In this document: one piece after another, positions 8,353-17,017 of the stretch
Layout: each line of letters opens with the position of its first letter
Position numbering within the stretch: the first letter of the stretch is position 1
IMG/VR virus record: IMGVR_UViG_3300025980_000030
Coordinates: 1 to 56,514 of that record
Direction: 5' to 3' (one strand)
DNA: 56,514 nt
DNA from: a virus
Taxonomy: Duplodnaviria; Caudoviricetes
Program-made: the position numbers and the translations under genes
The notes under the pieces: model-generated
The model's input: only the letters and a program-made list of their open reading frames with translations
The model's database searches: none
Told to the model about the DNA's origin: nothing

Positions 8353-8690
8353 GCCCCGACCGTCCTACGGCCCCGAGGCTGCCCGCCACCGATGCGGGCA
8401 CGACCGCGGGCAACCGCTACGAGGCGCCCGGCCCGGCCGACGTGCTGCGCCGCATTCCCGACCTGCTGATCGGCGACCTGATCGCCTTCGAGGGCCGGGT
8501 GCGCGAGGTGGCGCGAGTGCGGCTCAACCCGCAGAAGCCCGGCGAGGTGTGGCTCGGCCTGGTCGACGACCCGATCGACGAGACGAGCGGCCACCCGATC
8601 GTGCGCCGGTACGTCGCCGAGGCCCGGGTGCGGGTGCTGCGCTCGTCGTGGGAGGCCCCGCGGTTCGAGCTCGACCCGGACGCGCGGTAA
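8349..8690 (+). CDS. Hypothetical protein
   Basis: ATGA overlap. Confidence 0.55.
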   Translation: MSPDRPTAPRLPATDAGTTAGNRYEAPGPADVLRRIPDLLIGDLIAFEGRVREVARVRLNPQKPGEVWLGLVDDPIDETSGHPIVRRYVAEARVRVLRSSWEAPRFELDPDAR

Positions 8691-8695
8691 CGGCC

Positions 8696-8965
8696 ATGAC
8701 CGCCCGCTACCGCGAGACCTCAGCCTGCCCGCCGGGGCGCTGCTTCGAGTCCGAGGCCGTCGGCGCGACCGGCTACTCGTGCGCCGGTGAGTGCCTCGTC
8801 GCGCTCTCGATGGCGGGCCGGTTCATCGCCGACGTGCCCGCGCCCGAGCTGTTCGGCGAGGGCCTGCCCGCGGCCGTGGCCGACATCGAGCCGGACGACG
8901 GCAGCGACATCGAGACCGCGCCCGAGTCGTGGGCGCAGCTCACCTGCCCCGACTGGACGTCCTGA
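8696..8965 (+). CDS. Hypothetical Cys-containing protein
   Basis: In operon; stop just before promoter copy 6. Confidence 0.5.
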   Translation: MTARYRETSACPPGRCFESEAVGATGYSCAGECLVALSMAGRFIADVPAPELFGEGLPAAVADIEPDDGSDIETAPESWAQLTCPDWTS

Positions 8966-8982
8966 CCGTTCGCCGATCGAAC

Positions 8983-9023
8983 TACTGCACACCCTTGCGC
9001 ATGACGTCAAGGGGGTGCAGTAT
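8983..9023 (+). promoter_or_regulatory. Palindromic promoter element copy 6
   Basis: TACTGCACACCCTTG-N10-CAAGGGGGTGCAGTA; TTGCGC-17-CAGTAT. Confidence 0.8.
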
Positions 9024-9058
9024 TGAGGGGACACATCCGACCGAGGGAAAGCAAGGAC

Positions 9059-9493
9059 ATGACTACGATTCCGAACCGGCCGGTCGCGCCGGCTACGGGG
9101 GAGGCGACAGAGCAGCACCCCGACCTCGCGCGTCTGCGCGAGCTCGCGGGAGCGGTCGAGGCCACCGGCGCCGCTCTTGTCGCCACGCAGGCCGCGTACG
9201 AGTCCGCGCTGCGCGACAGCGGCTACGACGAGCCCGGCGACGACCCGCACGTCATCGCCACCCGCGAGGCGCGCGACGCCGTGCGGATGGCCCACGCGGC
9301 GGCAGGGGACCGGCTCGACGGCGTGCTGTCGGACGGCCCGACTCTGCTCACCCGCGAGACGACCGCGCTCTTGTCGAGGCGCTCGCTCGGCCGGTGGGCC
9401 GACACCCGGGCGGCAGACGAGCTCACGACCGCGGTCCGGCAGATCGTCGCCGCGCTGAGCATGGGCCGCGCGGTCCGCATCGAGGTGATCTGA
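9059..9493 (+). CDS. Hypothetical helical protein
   Basis: RBS AGGGAAAG/AAGGA. Confidence 0.6.
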   Translation: MTTIPNRPVAPATGEATEQHPDLARLRELAGAVEATGAALVATQAAYESALRDSGYDEPGDDPHVIATREARDAVRMAHAAAGDRLDGVLSDGPTLLTRETTALLSRRSLGRWADTRAADELTTAVRQIVAALSMGRAVRIEVI

Positions 9494-9495
9494 TC

Positions 9496-9912
9496 GTGCA
9501 GACCTTCCTACCGCTCCCGGACTTCGCCGAATCGGCCGCCGTGCTCGACCGGCAGCGTCTCGGCAAGCAGCGGGTCGAGGTGCTGCAACTGCTCGGGGCG
9601 CTCACCGGACAGCGCCCCGGGTGGGTCAATCACCCGGCCGCGAAGATGTGGCGCGGCCACGAGGTCGCGCTCGCGCAGTACGGGCTCGCCGTGGTCGCCG
9701 AGTGGACATCGCGCGGCTACCGCGACACCTGCGGGGCGAAGATCGAGGCGCTCGTCGTCGGCATCCCGGACCCTGGGGCGCCGCGGTGGCTCGGGGACGG
9801 GGCGTTCCACCTTTCGCACCGCTCGAACTTAGTCCGCAAGCTGCCCGAGCACTACGCCTCGCTGTGGCCAGGCGTGACCGGCGACCTGCCCTACGTCTGG
9901 CCGATCGCTTGA
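9496..9912 (+). CDS. MSMEG_6728 / pyrimidine-dimer DNA glycosylase-like family protein
   Basis: MQTFLP..DF..SA.VLD..RLGKQRVE, GWVNHPAAKMWRG, FHLSHRSNL.RK, LPYVWP. Confidence 0.8.
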   Translation: MQTFLPLPDFAESAAVLDRQRLGKQRVEVLQLLGALTGQRPGWVNHPAAKMWRGHEVALAQYGLAVVAEWTSRGYRDTCGAKIEALVVGIPDPGAPRWLGDGAFHLSHRSNLVRKLPEHYASLWPGVTGDLPYVWPIA

Positions 9913-9921
9913 GCGGCACTA

Positions 9922-9961
9922 ACTACACCCCCTTGAGCAACTGCCCAAGGGGGTGTAGTGT
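9922..9961 (+). promoter_or_regulatory. Palindromic promoter element copy 7
   Basis: ACTACACCCCCTTG-N10-CAAGGGGGTGTAGT; TTGAGC-17-TAGTGT. Confidence 0.85.
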
Positions 9962-9993
9962 CATAAGAGACACGCCGACCAACCGGAGGGACC

Positions 9994-10536
9994 ATGACCC
10001 GCACCATCGTGTCGCCGACCGAGCAGGCCGTGCAGGCGTACGAGACCGCCGTCGGCGCTCTTCGCCTCGTGGACGCCATCAACGGCGGCTCGGACGGCAA
10101 CGGCACAGCAGTGAACGCCGACGCCCACGCGGCGGCCTCGATGGCGCTGCGCGCCTCGCTGGCAGCCTTCCTCGTGCTCACCTGCCCCGGCGGCGAGCAG
10201 GCGTATTACGCGGCGGCAGCGACCGAGATCTACGAGGAAATGTTCACGCAGGGCCGCGGGGTGGCCGAGTCCCTCGGCGTCTTCCTGTCGCTCGGCTGGC
10301 AGCACACTGACGGCGCCCGGCCCGGCCACGAGCCATACACCGAGAGCTGCTCGGCGACGGGCGGCTCGTATCTGGCCCGGGGCGCCTGCTCGTGCGGTCA
10401 CTACGGGCCGGACCGGCTCGCCCCGTCCCGTAGTGACCGCGCGACGCAAGAGGCGCGCACGCGGGCGCAGGCCGACGCGCTCGGCCATGCCTCGTGGCCG
10501 GTCATCGAGCCGATCATGCCCGTGCCCACCGGTTGA
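9994..10536 (+). CDS. Hypothetical protein
   Basis: RBS GGAGGG; C-terminal CSCG..H motif. Confidence 0.65.
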   Translation: MTRTIVSPTEQAVQAYETAVGALRLVDAINGGSDGNGTAVNADAHAAASMALRASLAAFLVLTCPGGEQAYYAAAATEIYEEMFTQGRGVAESLGVFLSLGWQHTDGARPGHEPYTESCSATGGSYLARGACSCGHYGPDRLAPSRSDRATQEARTRAQADALGHASWPVIEPIMPVPTG

Positions 10537-10549
10537 AAAGAATCTTGCC

Positions 10550-10585
10550 GTACCCCTTGACGCCATACTCAAGGGGGTGCAGTAT
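10550..10585 (+). promoter_or_regulatory. Palindromic promoter element copy 8 (left arm shortened)
   Basis: CCCCTTG-N10-CAAGGGGGTGCAGTAT; TTGACG-17-CAGTAT. Confidence 0.75.
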
Positions 10586-10591
10586 AGAGGT

Positions 10592-10920
10592 ACAGAGAAC
10601 GGGACGGGGAGGACCCCGAGAGCCCCCCGCCCGTTCTCCCCCAAGCTCCACCGGTGGTCGGCTGAAACCGACCCCGGGCCGCGAAAAGAGGACCACGGCC
10701 GATACTCGCTGGCAGGTGATGCCGGGCGTGAGGCGCGTCATCCTCGAAGTAGTCGGCCCGGACGCGCCGCAACCGGCCACCGGTGGGAGCGGCACTACGG
10801 TAGGGGCTCGTGCAGTGGGAGTGCACGAGCGAGGAAGCAAACCGGCGCCCGAACTCGGCCTCGGCCGAAAGCCGGTGCCCTGCCGTAGCAACAGCACCCG
10901 GTGCCGCGCCGGGTGCCCGA
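10592..10920 (+). ncRNA. Candidate structured non-coding RNA or long 5' leader
   Basis: Gap of about 340 nt between promoter and RBS with at least 6 stems, e.g. 10595-603/10630-638, 10645-661/10773-790, 10795-805/10878-888, 10806-814/10822-830. Confidence 0.45.
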
Positions 10921-10937
10921 CGGAAAGAGATCACTAC

Positions 10938-11666
10938 ATGATCAAGCACTTCCGGGCCCGAACTCGCGCGCTCGCCGCGCTGGCCGGGCTCTTCGCCTTG
11001 CTCGGGGCACTGAGCCTCGTCCCGAGCGCGCAGGCCGCGAGCAACGCGGGCGCCTGCACCAACCACTGCTGGACGCAGACGAACGCCTCGGTCTTCAGCC
11101 CCGAGGCAACCCGGATCAACAGCACGATGGACTACCAGTGTGACTCGATGGGCGCGGTCACCGGATTGGGGTGGACCGGCGCCGAGCCGATGTGGGCGAA
11201 CGCCCACGACGGCGGCACTGTCGAGACCGGCATTATCAACTTCGCCGGTGACAACGGCAACCCGGTGTTCTACTGGGTCCGCTACGGCGGCAGCTACGGC
11301 ACCGGCGTGCAGATCTACTCGACGCACATCCGGGCTTACCCAGCCACGCACTACCCGATGCGCACGCAGTGGAACTCGGGCAATAGCACGTGGACGATCT
11401 ACGACAACGGCACGCTCACGGGCACGCTGTCGAGTCCTACGGGACCGATCCACCAGGCGGCGGCCGGTGCCGAGGCCGTCGGCAACGGCTCGACCTTCGG
11501 CAAACTCAAGGTCGACACCTACGGGCTGCAGCGGGTGCAGAACGCGGTCACCTACGCGGGCTGGCCGGGCGCTGCGGCGAACACGTTCTACAACGGACCG
11601 CCCTTCAACGCGCCCCTGATCTCGACCAACAACGAGATCGCGACCAGCCTCATCGGTTCCTGCTGA
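10938..11666 (+). CDS. Secreted beta-rich protein, possibly neprosin/glutamic peptidase-like
   Basis: Signal peptide ending AQA; W..VETG and AGAE motifs resembling neprosin IEAGW and GGEV. Confidence 0.7.
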   Translation: MIKHFRARTRALAALAGLFALLGALSLVPSAQAASNAGACTNHCWTQTNASVFSPEATRINSTMDYQCDSMGAVTGLGWTGAEPMWANAHDGGTVETGIINFAGDNGNPVFYWVRYGGSYGTGVQIYSTHIRAYPATHYPMRTQWNSGNSTWTIYDNGTLTGTLSSPTGPIHQAAAGAEAVGNGSTFGKLKVDTYGLQRVQNAVTYAGWPGAAANTFYNGPPFNAPLISTNNEIATSLIGSC

Positions 11667-11680
11667 AAGGGATGCCACTG

Positions 11681-12229
11681 ATGAACATCAAGACGAAGAT
11701 TTTCGGCACCCTCGTGGCCGTGGCCCTGCTCGGCGGCGGTACGGCCGCCGCGCTCTCGGCGCAAGCGGCGGCGCCTGCTGCCGCGCCCTCGGTGGCCGCG
11801 CTGGCCGCCGCGGGCGGGGTGACCAGCCACGACATCGAGCTCGTGCAGCGCGAGGCGTCCTACTCGCTCGCACAGGGTGGCCGGGCCGACGTGGTGCGCG
11901 CCCCTGGCGAGGCCGTCAAGGCGCTCGTGCTGGCCCCCGGGGAGGACCCCGGGGACGGCGGCAAGGCGTTCGGCAAGACCGTGCTCGTCGCCCGCGTGGA
12001 CGGCGGCGTCGACGCCTCGCTCGCCGTCCCGCACCGGATGGACGAGAAGCTGCCCGCGGTCGACACGATGATCGTCGTGATGGACCCGGACGACGGGCAC
12101 ATGATCACGACCGTCTACCTCGCTGCCAGCGACACCCGCGGCAAGGCGCGCTTCGCGCTCGCCGAGCTCGGCGCCTCGCCGGTCTCGGTCGACATCCCGG
12201 CGAAGGGCAAGATCCTGATCAAGATGTGA
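11681..12229 (+). CDS. Secreted hypothetical protein
   Basis: Signal peptide ending AQA; RBS GAAAGGGA. Confidence 0.7.
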   Translation: MNIKTKIFGTLVAVALLGGGTAAALSAQAAAPAAAPSVAALAAAGGVTSHDIELVQREASYSLAQGGRADVVRAPGEAVKALVLAPGEDPGDGGKAFGKTVLVARVDGGVDASLAVPHRMDEKLPAVDTMIVVMDPDDGHMITTVYLAASDTRGKARFALAELGASPVSVDIPAKGKILIKM

Positions 12230-12250
12230 CGAGGCTGTTCGATTCCGGCT

Positions 12251-12287
12251 ACGGCCCGACCCGTGCACCACGGGTCGGGCCGTTCTG
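12251..12287 (+). terminator. Intrinsic terminator-like hairpin
   Basis: 15-bp perfect stem ACGGCCCGACCCGTG/CACGGGTCGGGCCGT followed by TCTG. Confidence 0.7.
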
Positions 12288-12297
12288 GCGTCCGGGA

Positions 12298-12326
12298 TTG
12301 CGCATCTACTCAAGGGGGTGTAGTAT
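12298..12326 (+). promoter_or_regulatory. Promoter element copy 9 (right arm only)
   Basis: TTG-N10-CAAGGGGGTGTAGTAT; TTGCGC-17-TAGTAT; ATG 6 nt downstream. Confidence 0.75.
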
Positions 12327-12332
12327 CGAGCC

Positions 12333-12539
12333 ATGACGACGTACGGACAGGCATGGCGGCAGATCCAGGAACTTTCGATGATCGTATTCGAGTGCGAGGT
12401 CTGCGAAGAGATCTTCAAGGCCGAGCCTGAGCGCTCGATCTGCGGCGTCGTCCTGACCGCCTGCACGCCGTGCGTGCAGGACCACCTCGGGTGCTGCGCG
12501 GACTGCACCGCCCAAGAGCGCGACGCGCTCGACGACTGA
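12333..12539 (+). CDS. Small Cys-rich Zn-binding protein, probably leaderless
   Basis: CEVC, CTPC, H..CCADC; no RBS, ATG at the predicted +1. Confidence 0.65.
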   Translation: MTTYGQAWRQIQELSMIVFECEVCEEIFKAEPERSICGVVLTACTPCVQDHLGCCADCTAQERDALDD

Positions 12540-12554
12540 CCACCGGGAGAGATC

Positions 12555-12971
12555 ATGGAAATCCGAGTCACGCGCGAGACCGTTCGCTCGGTCCGCCTCG
12601 AAGAGCGTCACGTCCGGGTCGGCGGCGAGGTAGCCGTGCGCGTCCGTCAGCCGTGGGGCGACGCGCAGTTCATGCCCGACCTGCTCGTCGAGACCGGCGT
12701 CGAGGGCGATGTCGTCGGCACCGGCGCCCGCCGCTACTCAATCACGCTCAAGGGCCGGGTGCTGACCGGCAAGGGCGCCCTGCACGCCACCCGGCGCGCC
12801 GAGCGCACGTGGACCGGCGAGACCGCACTCAAGGCGTTCCGGGGCGAGCAGCACGAGGGCCGCGAGCTGCGCGAGCCCGAGTTTCCGGCAGCGCTCGCCC
12901 ACCTGCTCGCCGGTCCGGCCGCGCTCTCGCTGGCGCTGGCCGAGGTCGAGCGGCTCGGGGCGCGGGCATGA
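12555..12971 (+). CDS. Hypothetical protein
   Basis: RBS GGGAG. Confidence 0.65.
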   Translation: MEIRVTRETVRSVRLEERHVRVGGEVAVRVRQPWGDAQFMPDLLVETGVEGDVVGTGARRYSITLKGRVLTGKGALHATRRAERTWTGETALKAFRGEQHEGRELREPEFPAALAHLLAGPAALSLALAEVERLGARA

Positions 12972-13207
12972 CCGCCGAGCGCATCGACGGCCCGCCGACG
13001 ATCACCCTCGACGCGGCGCAAGAGGTGGTGATCGCTGCCCTCGAAGGGCGGCTCACCACCGGCCGGGTCGGCTTCGGGTGGACCACGGTCGAGAACGTCG
13101 AGGACGCCGGGGCGGTTCGGCACGAGCGGTGCGTCGCCTTCGACCCCGTGCTGCCGGACGGCACCCGCAAGACCTTCATCGCGACGATCGAGGAATGGGG
13201 AACATGA
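12968..13207 (+). CDS. Hypothetical protein
   Basis: ATGA overlap. Confidence 0.55.
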   Translation: MTAERIDGPPTITLDAAQEVVIAALEGRLTTGRVGFGWTTVENVEDAGAVRHERCVAFDPVLPDGTRKTFIATIEEWGT

Positions 13208-13506
13208 CTGATCACGACATGACGCCCGTCGAGGTGGCGGCGTCCACCCTGGCGGGCAATGTGCCCGGCACGATGGCCGAGTGGAAGGCCGTCCTGCTCG
13301 CGGCTCTCGCGCTCGGCTATGAGCTCGGTGATCTGGTCGCCGCGGCGAAGGGCCAGCGTAACCCGGCCGCCTTCGGCGAGGCCCTCGGCGTGGCGGCCAA
13401 GGTCTCCGCGGCCCGGGGGCGGACCGACGTCCCCCGGCACCGGCGGCTCGTCGTTCACTCGTGGCCCTCGGGCCACGGCCCGCGGCGCCCCGAGGACGAC
13501 CGGTGA
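13204..13506 (+). CDS. Hypothetical protein
   Basis: ATGA overlap, RBS GAGG/GGGGA. Confidence 0.55.
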   Translation: MTDHDMTPVEVAASTLAGNVPGTMAEWKAVLLAALALGYELGDLVAAAKGQRNPAAFGEALGVAAKVSAARGRTDVPRHRRLVVHSWPSGHGPRRPEDDR

Positions 13507-13613
13507 GCGCCCGCAAGCCGGTGCCCGCGGTCGCGGCGGCCCCTGAGCGCGGCGCAGGGGCCATCCGCGTGGACTTCGCTGCGGCGCTCGGACAGACCGG
13601 GGCCTACCGGCGC

Positions 13614-13716
13614 CGATGACCCGTTCGGACTACTGCACCTCCTTGCGCATCGTGCTCAAGGGGGTGTAGTGTTTCTCTTGTCAGGCACCGCAGGGCACTA
13701 ACACCGGGAATGATCA
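13614..13716 (+). repeat. 103-bp direct repeat copy A, containing promoter copy 10 and 5' UTR/RBS
   Basis: Matches 14344-14446 with 7 mismatches; 11-nt spacer; TTGCGC-18-TAGTGT. Confidence 0.9.
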
Positions 13717-14342
13717 TGAAAATCATCGTGCCATCGAAACACTTCACCAACCTGCTCCTAGCGCTCCTGCCGCTGGCGTCCAAGGACTCGAAGAACCCGG
13801 TCCTGTGCTGGATCAAGCTGGACCTGTGGTGCGGATCGCTGTACGCGACCGCAACCGACCGGCATGTCGCGGGCATCGGCCGAATCGACGTGTCGGGAGA
13901 CGGCGAGACCGACGGCTGGACGGGCCTGATCGACTCCGACGACGTGAAGCCCCTGGTCGCTCAGGCGAAAAAGTTCAAGGGACTGGTCGAGGTCGAAGCG
14001 AACGAGACCGCACTGACGGTTGGAGGCTATTCCGCAGCTCTGCGCGAAGGGGGCTATCCGAAGGTCGGCGCGATCATCTCGAAGGCGCTGGAGACCGACA
14101 TGGACCTGAAGACCCCGATCGGGCTGAACCCTACGCTGGTGGGCAAGTTCGCCGCAGCGAGCAAGCTGCTCTGTGACGGCATGCCGGCGGAATTCTGGGC
14201 CGGTGGCCCCCGGAGTCTCCTTGTCATGACTTGCGGCCCCGACTTCGTCGGAGCAATCATGCCGACCAGGACCGCGCTAACGGATGATACCCGGCGCGGA
14301 CAAGCCGGTAACGGCCTGGAATCGTTCCTCCAGACCACCTGA
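13716..14342 (+). CDS. DNA polymerase III beta-clamp-like protein (short, about 208 aa)
   Basis: ASKD..NPVLCWI, ATATDRH and GYPK..II motifs resemble the DnaN middle domain. Confidence 0.7.
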   Translation: MKIIVPSKHFTNLLLALLPLASKDSKNPVLCWIKLDLWCGSLYATATDRHVAGIGRIDVSGDGETDGWTGLIDSDDVKPLVAQAKKFKGLVEVEANETALTVGGYSAALREGGYPKVGAIISKALETDMDLKTPIGLNPTLVGKFAAASKLLCDGMPAEFWAGGPRSLLVMTCGPDFVGAIMPTRTALTDDTRRGQAGNGLESFLQTT

Positions 14343-14343
14343 A

Positions 14344-14446
14344 CGATGACCCGTTCGGACTATTACACCCCCTTGCGCATCGTGCTCAAGGGGGTATAGC
14401 GTTTCTCTTGTCAGGCACCGCAGGGCACCAACACCGGGAGTGATCA
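14344..14446 (+). repeat. 103-bp direct repeat copy B, containing promoter copy 11
   Basis: Matches 13614-13716; TTGCGC-18-TAGCGT. Confidence 0.9.
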
Positions 14447-14448
14447 CG

Positions 14449-14799
14449 ATGCGATTCGACAGCCCCTCGAACTTCGGCCCCGCCCACTTCGCCCCGACCG
14501 GCACGACCGCCGAGCTCGACTTCGGCGACATTGACGCCGTGGCTCAGCCGCAGCCCACCGAGGGTCAGATGAAGTTCGTCGCCGACCTCCGCGCCGCCTG
14601 GCAGGAGGCCGAGGACGAGATCGCCCGGCTCACCGGCCGCGAGGCCCGGCGCCCGGCGTGGCAGGACCCTGCCAGCCGCGAAGAGGCGTTCGCGATGATC
14701 GACAACGGCAAGGACGCCCGCGACGCCATTCGCGCCGAGCTGCGCGACGCTCGCCGCGCGCACCGCACTCACCGAGGACCGGCCCGCCGTGGCCGGTAG
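14449..14799 (+). CDS. Hypothetical protein
   Basis: RBS GGGAG; PTEGQMKFV.DL ... SREEA..MID pattern. Confidence 0.65.
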   Translation: MRFDSPSNFGPAHFAPTGTTAELDFGDIDAVAQPQPTEGQMKFVADLRAAWQEAEDEIARLTGREARRPAWQDPASREEAFAMIDNGKDARDAIRAELRDARRAHRTHRGPARRGR

Positions 14800-15166
14800 G
14801 CGCCCGAGCCGGGCGGACGTCGAGGCGTTCTACGCCGACTACCCGGTCGAGTACGCGGCCTGCCGGACCTTCGGCCACGGCCCCGAGCGGCCCTACGCCG
14901 TCGAGCGGCCCAACGGCCCGAACGGCATCGTCGAAGTGACCCGCATCTGCCGCTGTGGCCGCCTGGTCACCCGCACCTACACCGCGGCCGGACGGCGGGC
15001 CACAGCGGCGACGAGGGTCGCGGCGCCGAACAAGCCGCGCTACTACGCCCTGCCCGGCATGGGCCGAGTCAACGCTGCCCGGATCGCTCAGCGGGCGATC
15101 GAGGCCGACGAGGAAGCTGTCGAGCGCAAGGCAGCGCGCAGGCGGGCGAGAGCGTCCAAGGACTGA
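14789..15166 (+). CDS. Hypothetical protein (CRTFGH ... CRCG Zn motif)
   Basis: Overlaps the upstream gene; C/H motif typical of actinophage proteins. Confidence 0.6.
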   Translation: MAGRRPSRADVEAFYADYPVEYAACRTFGHGPERPYAVERPNGPNGIVEVTRICRCGRLVTRTYTAAGRRATAATRVAAPNKPRYYALPGMGRVNAARIAQRAIEADEEAVERKAARRRARASKD

Positions 15167-15214
15167 GCTCCCGGGGCATGCTGGGAGCACCACCCACCGA
15201 GGAACGAGGACACG

Positions 15215-15877
15215 ATGAGCACCACGCAGCAGATCCCCCGTCCGGACCGGACACGCGAGCTCGGCGCCGTCCGGCCGGACGTCCGGACGCCCTACCGTCC
15301 GCCCTACCGGCCGGCCTACCGTCCGGCCTACCGTCCGGCCTACCGTCCGGACGCCCCGCCCGTCCGGACGGTAGGCCGGACGGACGGACGGACGCTCACG
15401 GTTGGACGGGCGTCCGGCGTCCTGCTGCTGGCCGCCGTGCTCGGCGGCCTGACCGGCGGCGTCTACGCGCTCGTCACGGCCAGCCCGCTGCCGGTCGGAA
15501 CCGTGGTCGGCGGCAAGACGCCCGGCCCGCCTCCGGCGACGTCCGCCCCGCCGCAGACGACCAAGCGGGCGGTCACCCCGAAGCCGTCCGGCTACGTCCG
15601 GACGGTCGCGGCCTCGCCGCGGGCGGCCTCGGCCGCGAGCCCATCCCCGCGGGCGTCCGGACGCGCCCCCGAGCCCTCGCCATCGCCGTCCGGGGTGGTC
15701 ACGCCCACCCCGCCGCCTCCGTCACCTGACGGCGTCGTGGACCCCTCCCCGCCATCGCCCCCGGCCGACGTGTTGCAGACGTGCCCGAACAGCACGGTCC
15801 GGGTGAAGGACCCAAAGGACTGCCCGGTGTTGATCGACCCGAACGAGGGCGTTGGTCCGCCTCCCTCGGCGCCCTGA
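15215..15877 (+). CDS. Single-TM Pro-rich protein containing GTCCGG-rich DNA repeats
   Basis: RBS GAGGA; TM segment; Pro/Ser-rich C-terminus. Confidence 0.65.
   Translation: MSTTQQIPRPDRTRELGAVRPDVRTPYRPPYRPAYRPAYRPAYRPDAPPVRTVGRTDGRTLTVGRASGVLLLAAVLGGLTGGVYALVTASPLPVGTVVGGKTPGPPPATSAPPQTTKRAVTPKPSGYVRTVAASPRAASAASPSPRASGRAPEPSPSPSGVVTPTPPPPSPDGVVDPSPPSPPADVLQTCPNSTVRVKDPKDCPVLIDPNEGVGPPPSAP
15291..15350 (+). repeat. 12-bp tandem repeat x5 (CCTACCGTCCGG)
   Basis: Three exact and two 1-mismatch copies, encoding YRP(P/A). Confidence 0.85.
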
Positions 15878-15878
15878 G

Positions 15879-15940
15879 TCCCGGTGGACACAGAACGGGC
15901 CCCCGCGAGTCTGCGGGGGCCCGTTCTGTGTCCACCGGGA
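15879..15940. terminator. Bidirectional terminator at the convergence of the two accessory arms
   Basis: 28-bp perfect inverted repeat, 6-nt loop. Confidence 0.85.
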
Positions 15941-15959
15941 GGACGTCTACCAGCATGCC

Positions 15960-16514
15960 CTACGCGAGCTGCGCGAGCAGGTACAGCTCGCCCGTGAGCG
16001 CGACCGCGAGCACGACCGTGAACGCCGACTCGGCGAGCGAGTGCGTCCGCCTACTGCCCGCCGCCCGCTCGATCGCCGACCGCTTGGCTGAGACCCGAAG
16101 GCCGAGCCCGAGGCGCTTGCAGCCGCGCCACGGCCACAGCGGGATGCCCTTCGGGATCGACCGGCCGCCCTTGCCGAACAGGAAGTCGAACGGGAACAGG
16201 TGCGACAGCCACCCGAGGGCCGGGCCGTAGCAGGGCCACGGCAGGCCGAGGAACGCAACCAGCACGAGGACGGCCACCGGCCACCCCCACCAGTGCACGG
16301 CACCCCGATGCCCGAACGCACGCTTGAGCCGCCCGCGGTTGTCGGCGTCCGGCGAGAACCGGCCCGCCGAGAACGGCACGGCCAGCAGCGCGGCGGCGGC
16401 CACCTCGGCGACCGACAGCGGCGCCCACCCGGCTCGCGGCGCGAGCTCGATCTGCACGAGGCCGACGCCGACGACCACGACCGCCGCGCCGATCCTGTGA
16501 CCCGGGCCCATCAT
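15960..16514 (-). CDS. YdjM-like membrane metal-dependent hydrolase
   Basis: G..H, PD.D, GHRG..H, SHL..D, GIPLWP motifs; RBS GGAGG. Confidence 0.8.
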   Translation of the reverse strand: MMGPGHRIGAAVVVVGVGLVQIELAPRAGWAPLSVAEVAAAALLAVPFSAGRFSPDADNRGRLKRAFGHRGAVHWWGWPVAVLVLVAFLGLPWPCYGPALGWLSHLFPFDFLFGKGGRSIPKGIPLWPWRGCKRLGLGLRVSAKRSAIERAAGSRRTHSLAESAFTVVLAVALTGELYLLAQLA

Positions 16515-16550
16515 TTTGATCTCTCCTCCACGGGATCGGACATTCCTCCC

Positions 16551-16598
16551 CTAACGTACTGCACCCCCTTGACCAATGTCAAGGGGGTGCAGTGTTAG
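16551..16598 (-). promoter_or_regulatory. Palindromic promoter element copy 12 (8-nt spacer)
   Basis: ACTGCACCCCCTTGAC-CAAT-GTCAAGGGGGTGCAGT; minus strand TTGACA-18-TACGTT. Confidence 0.85.
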
Positions 16599-16603
16599 CC
16601 GTT

Positions 16604-17017
16604 TCAGAAGATGATGTCGCCCCGCCTCGTCTCGCCAGTCTCGAACCGCTCGGCGTGCGGCCACGTGGTGTACTGCACGCGGCCCTCGCGCTTGCGCACC
16701 GAGAGGTTCTCGCAGTGGTTGCCGATCATGGCGTCGCACTTCGGGCAATCGCGCATCTCGACTTCGGCCTTGATCTGCCCGGCGCTCTTCTCGGCGACCT
16801 CGACCTCGCCGAGCGGGTCCTGCGCGGGCTCCCACTCGGTCATCGTGACCGTGGCCTCGACCACCGAGTGTGGGCCGCAGCGCGACGAGGTGGCGTCCTT
16901 GCGGTCGGCTTCCATGAGCGCGAGGTCGAGGCGCGAGCGACGGGCGAGCGCGTGCCGCTCGACCCGCCCGTCGCTGCACCGGATGGCGTAGACCTTGAAG
17001 GTGCCCGGGGACACCAT
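16604..17017 (-). CDS. Hypothetical protein with C-terminal Zn finger
   Basis: CPKCDA.IG.HC ... PHAER; TGATG coupling. Confidence 0.65.
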   Translation of the reverse strand: MVSPGTFKVYAIRCSDGRVERHALARRSRLDLALMEADRKDATSSRCGPHSVVEATVTMTEWEPAQDPLGEVEVAEKSAGQIKAEVEMRDCPKCDAMIGNHCENLSVRKREGRVQYTTWPHAERFETGETRRGDIIF

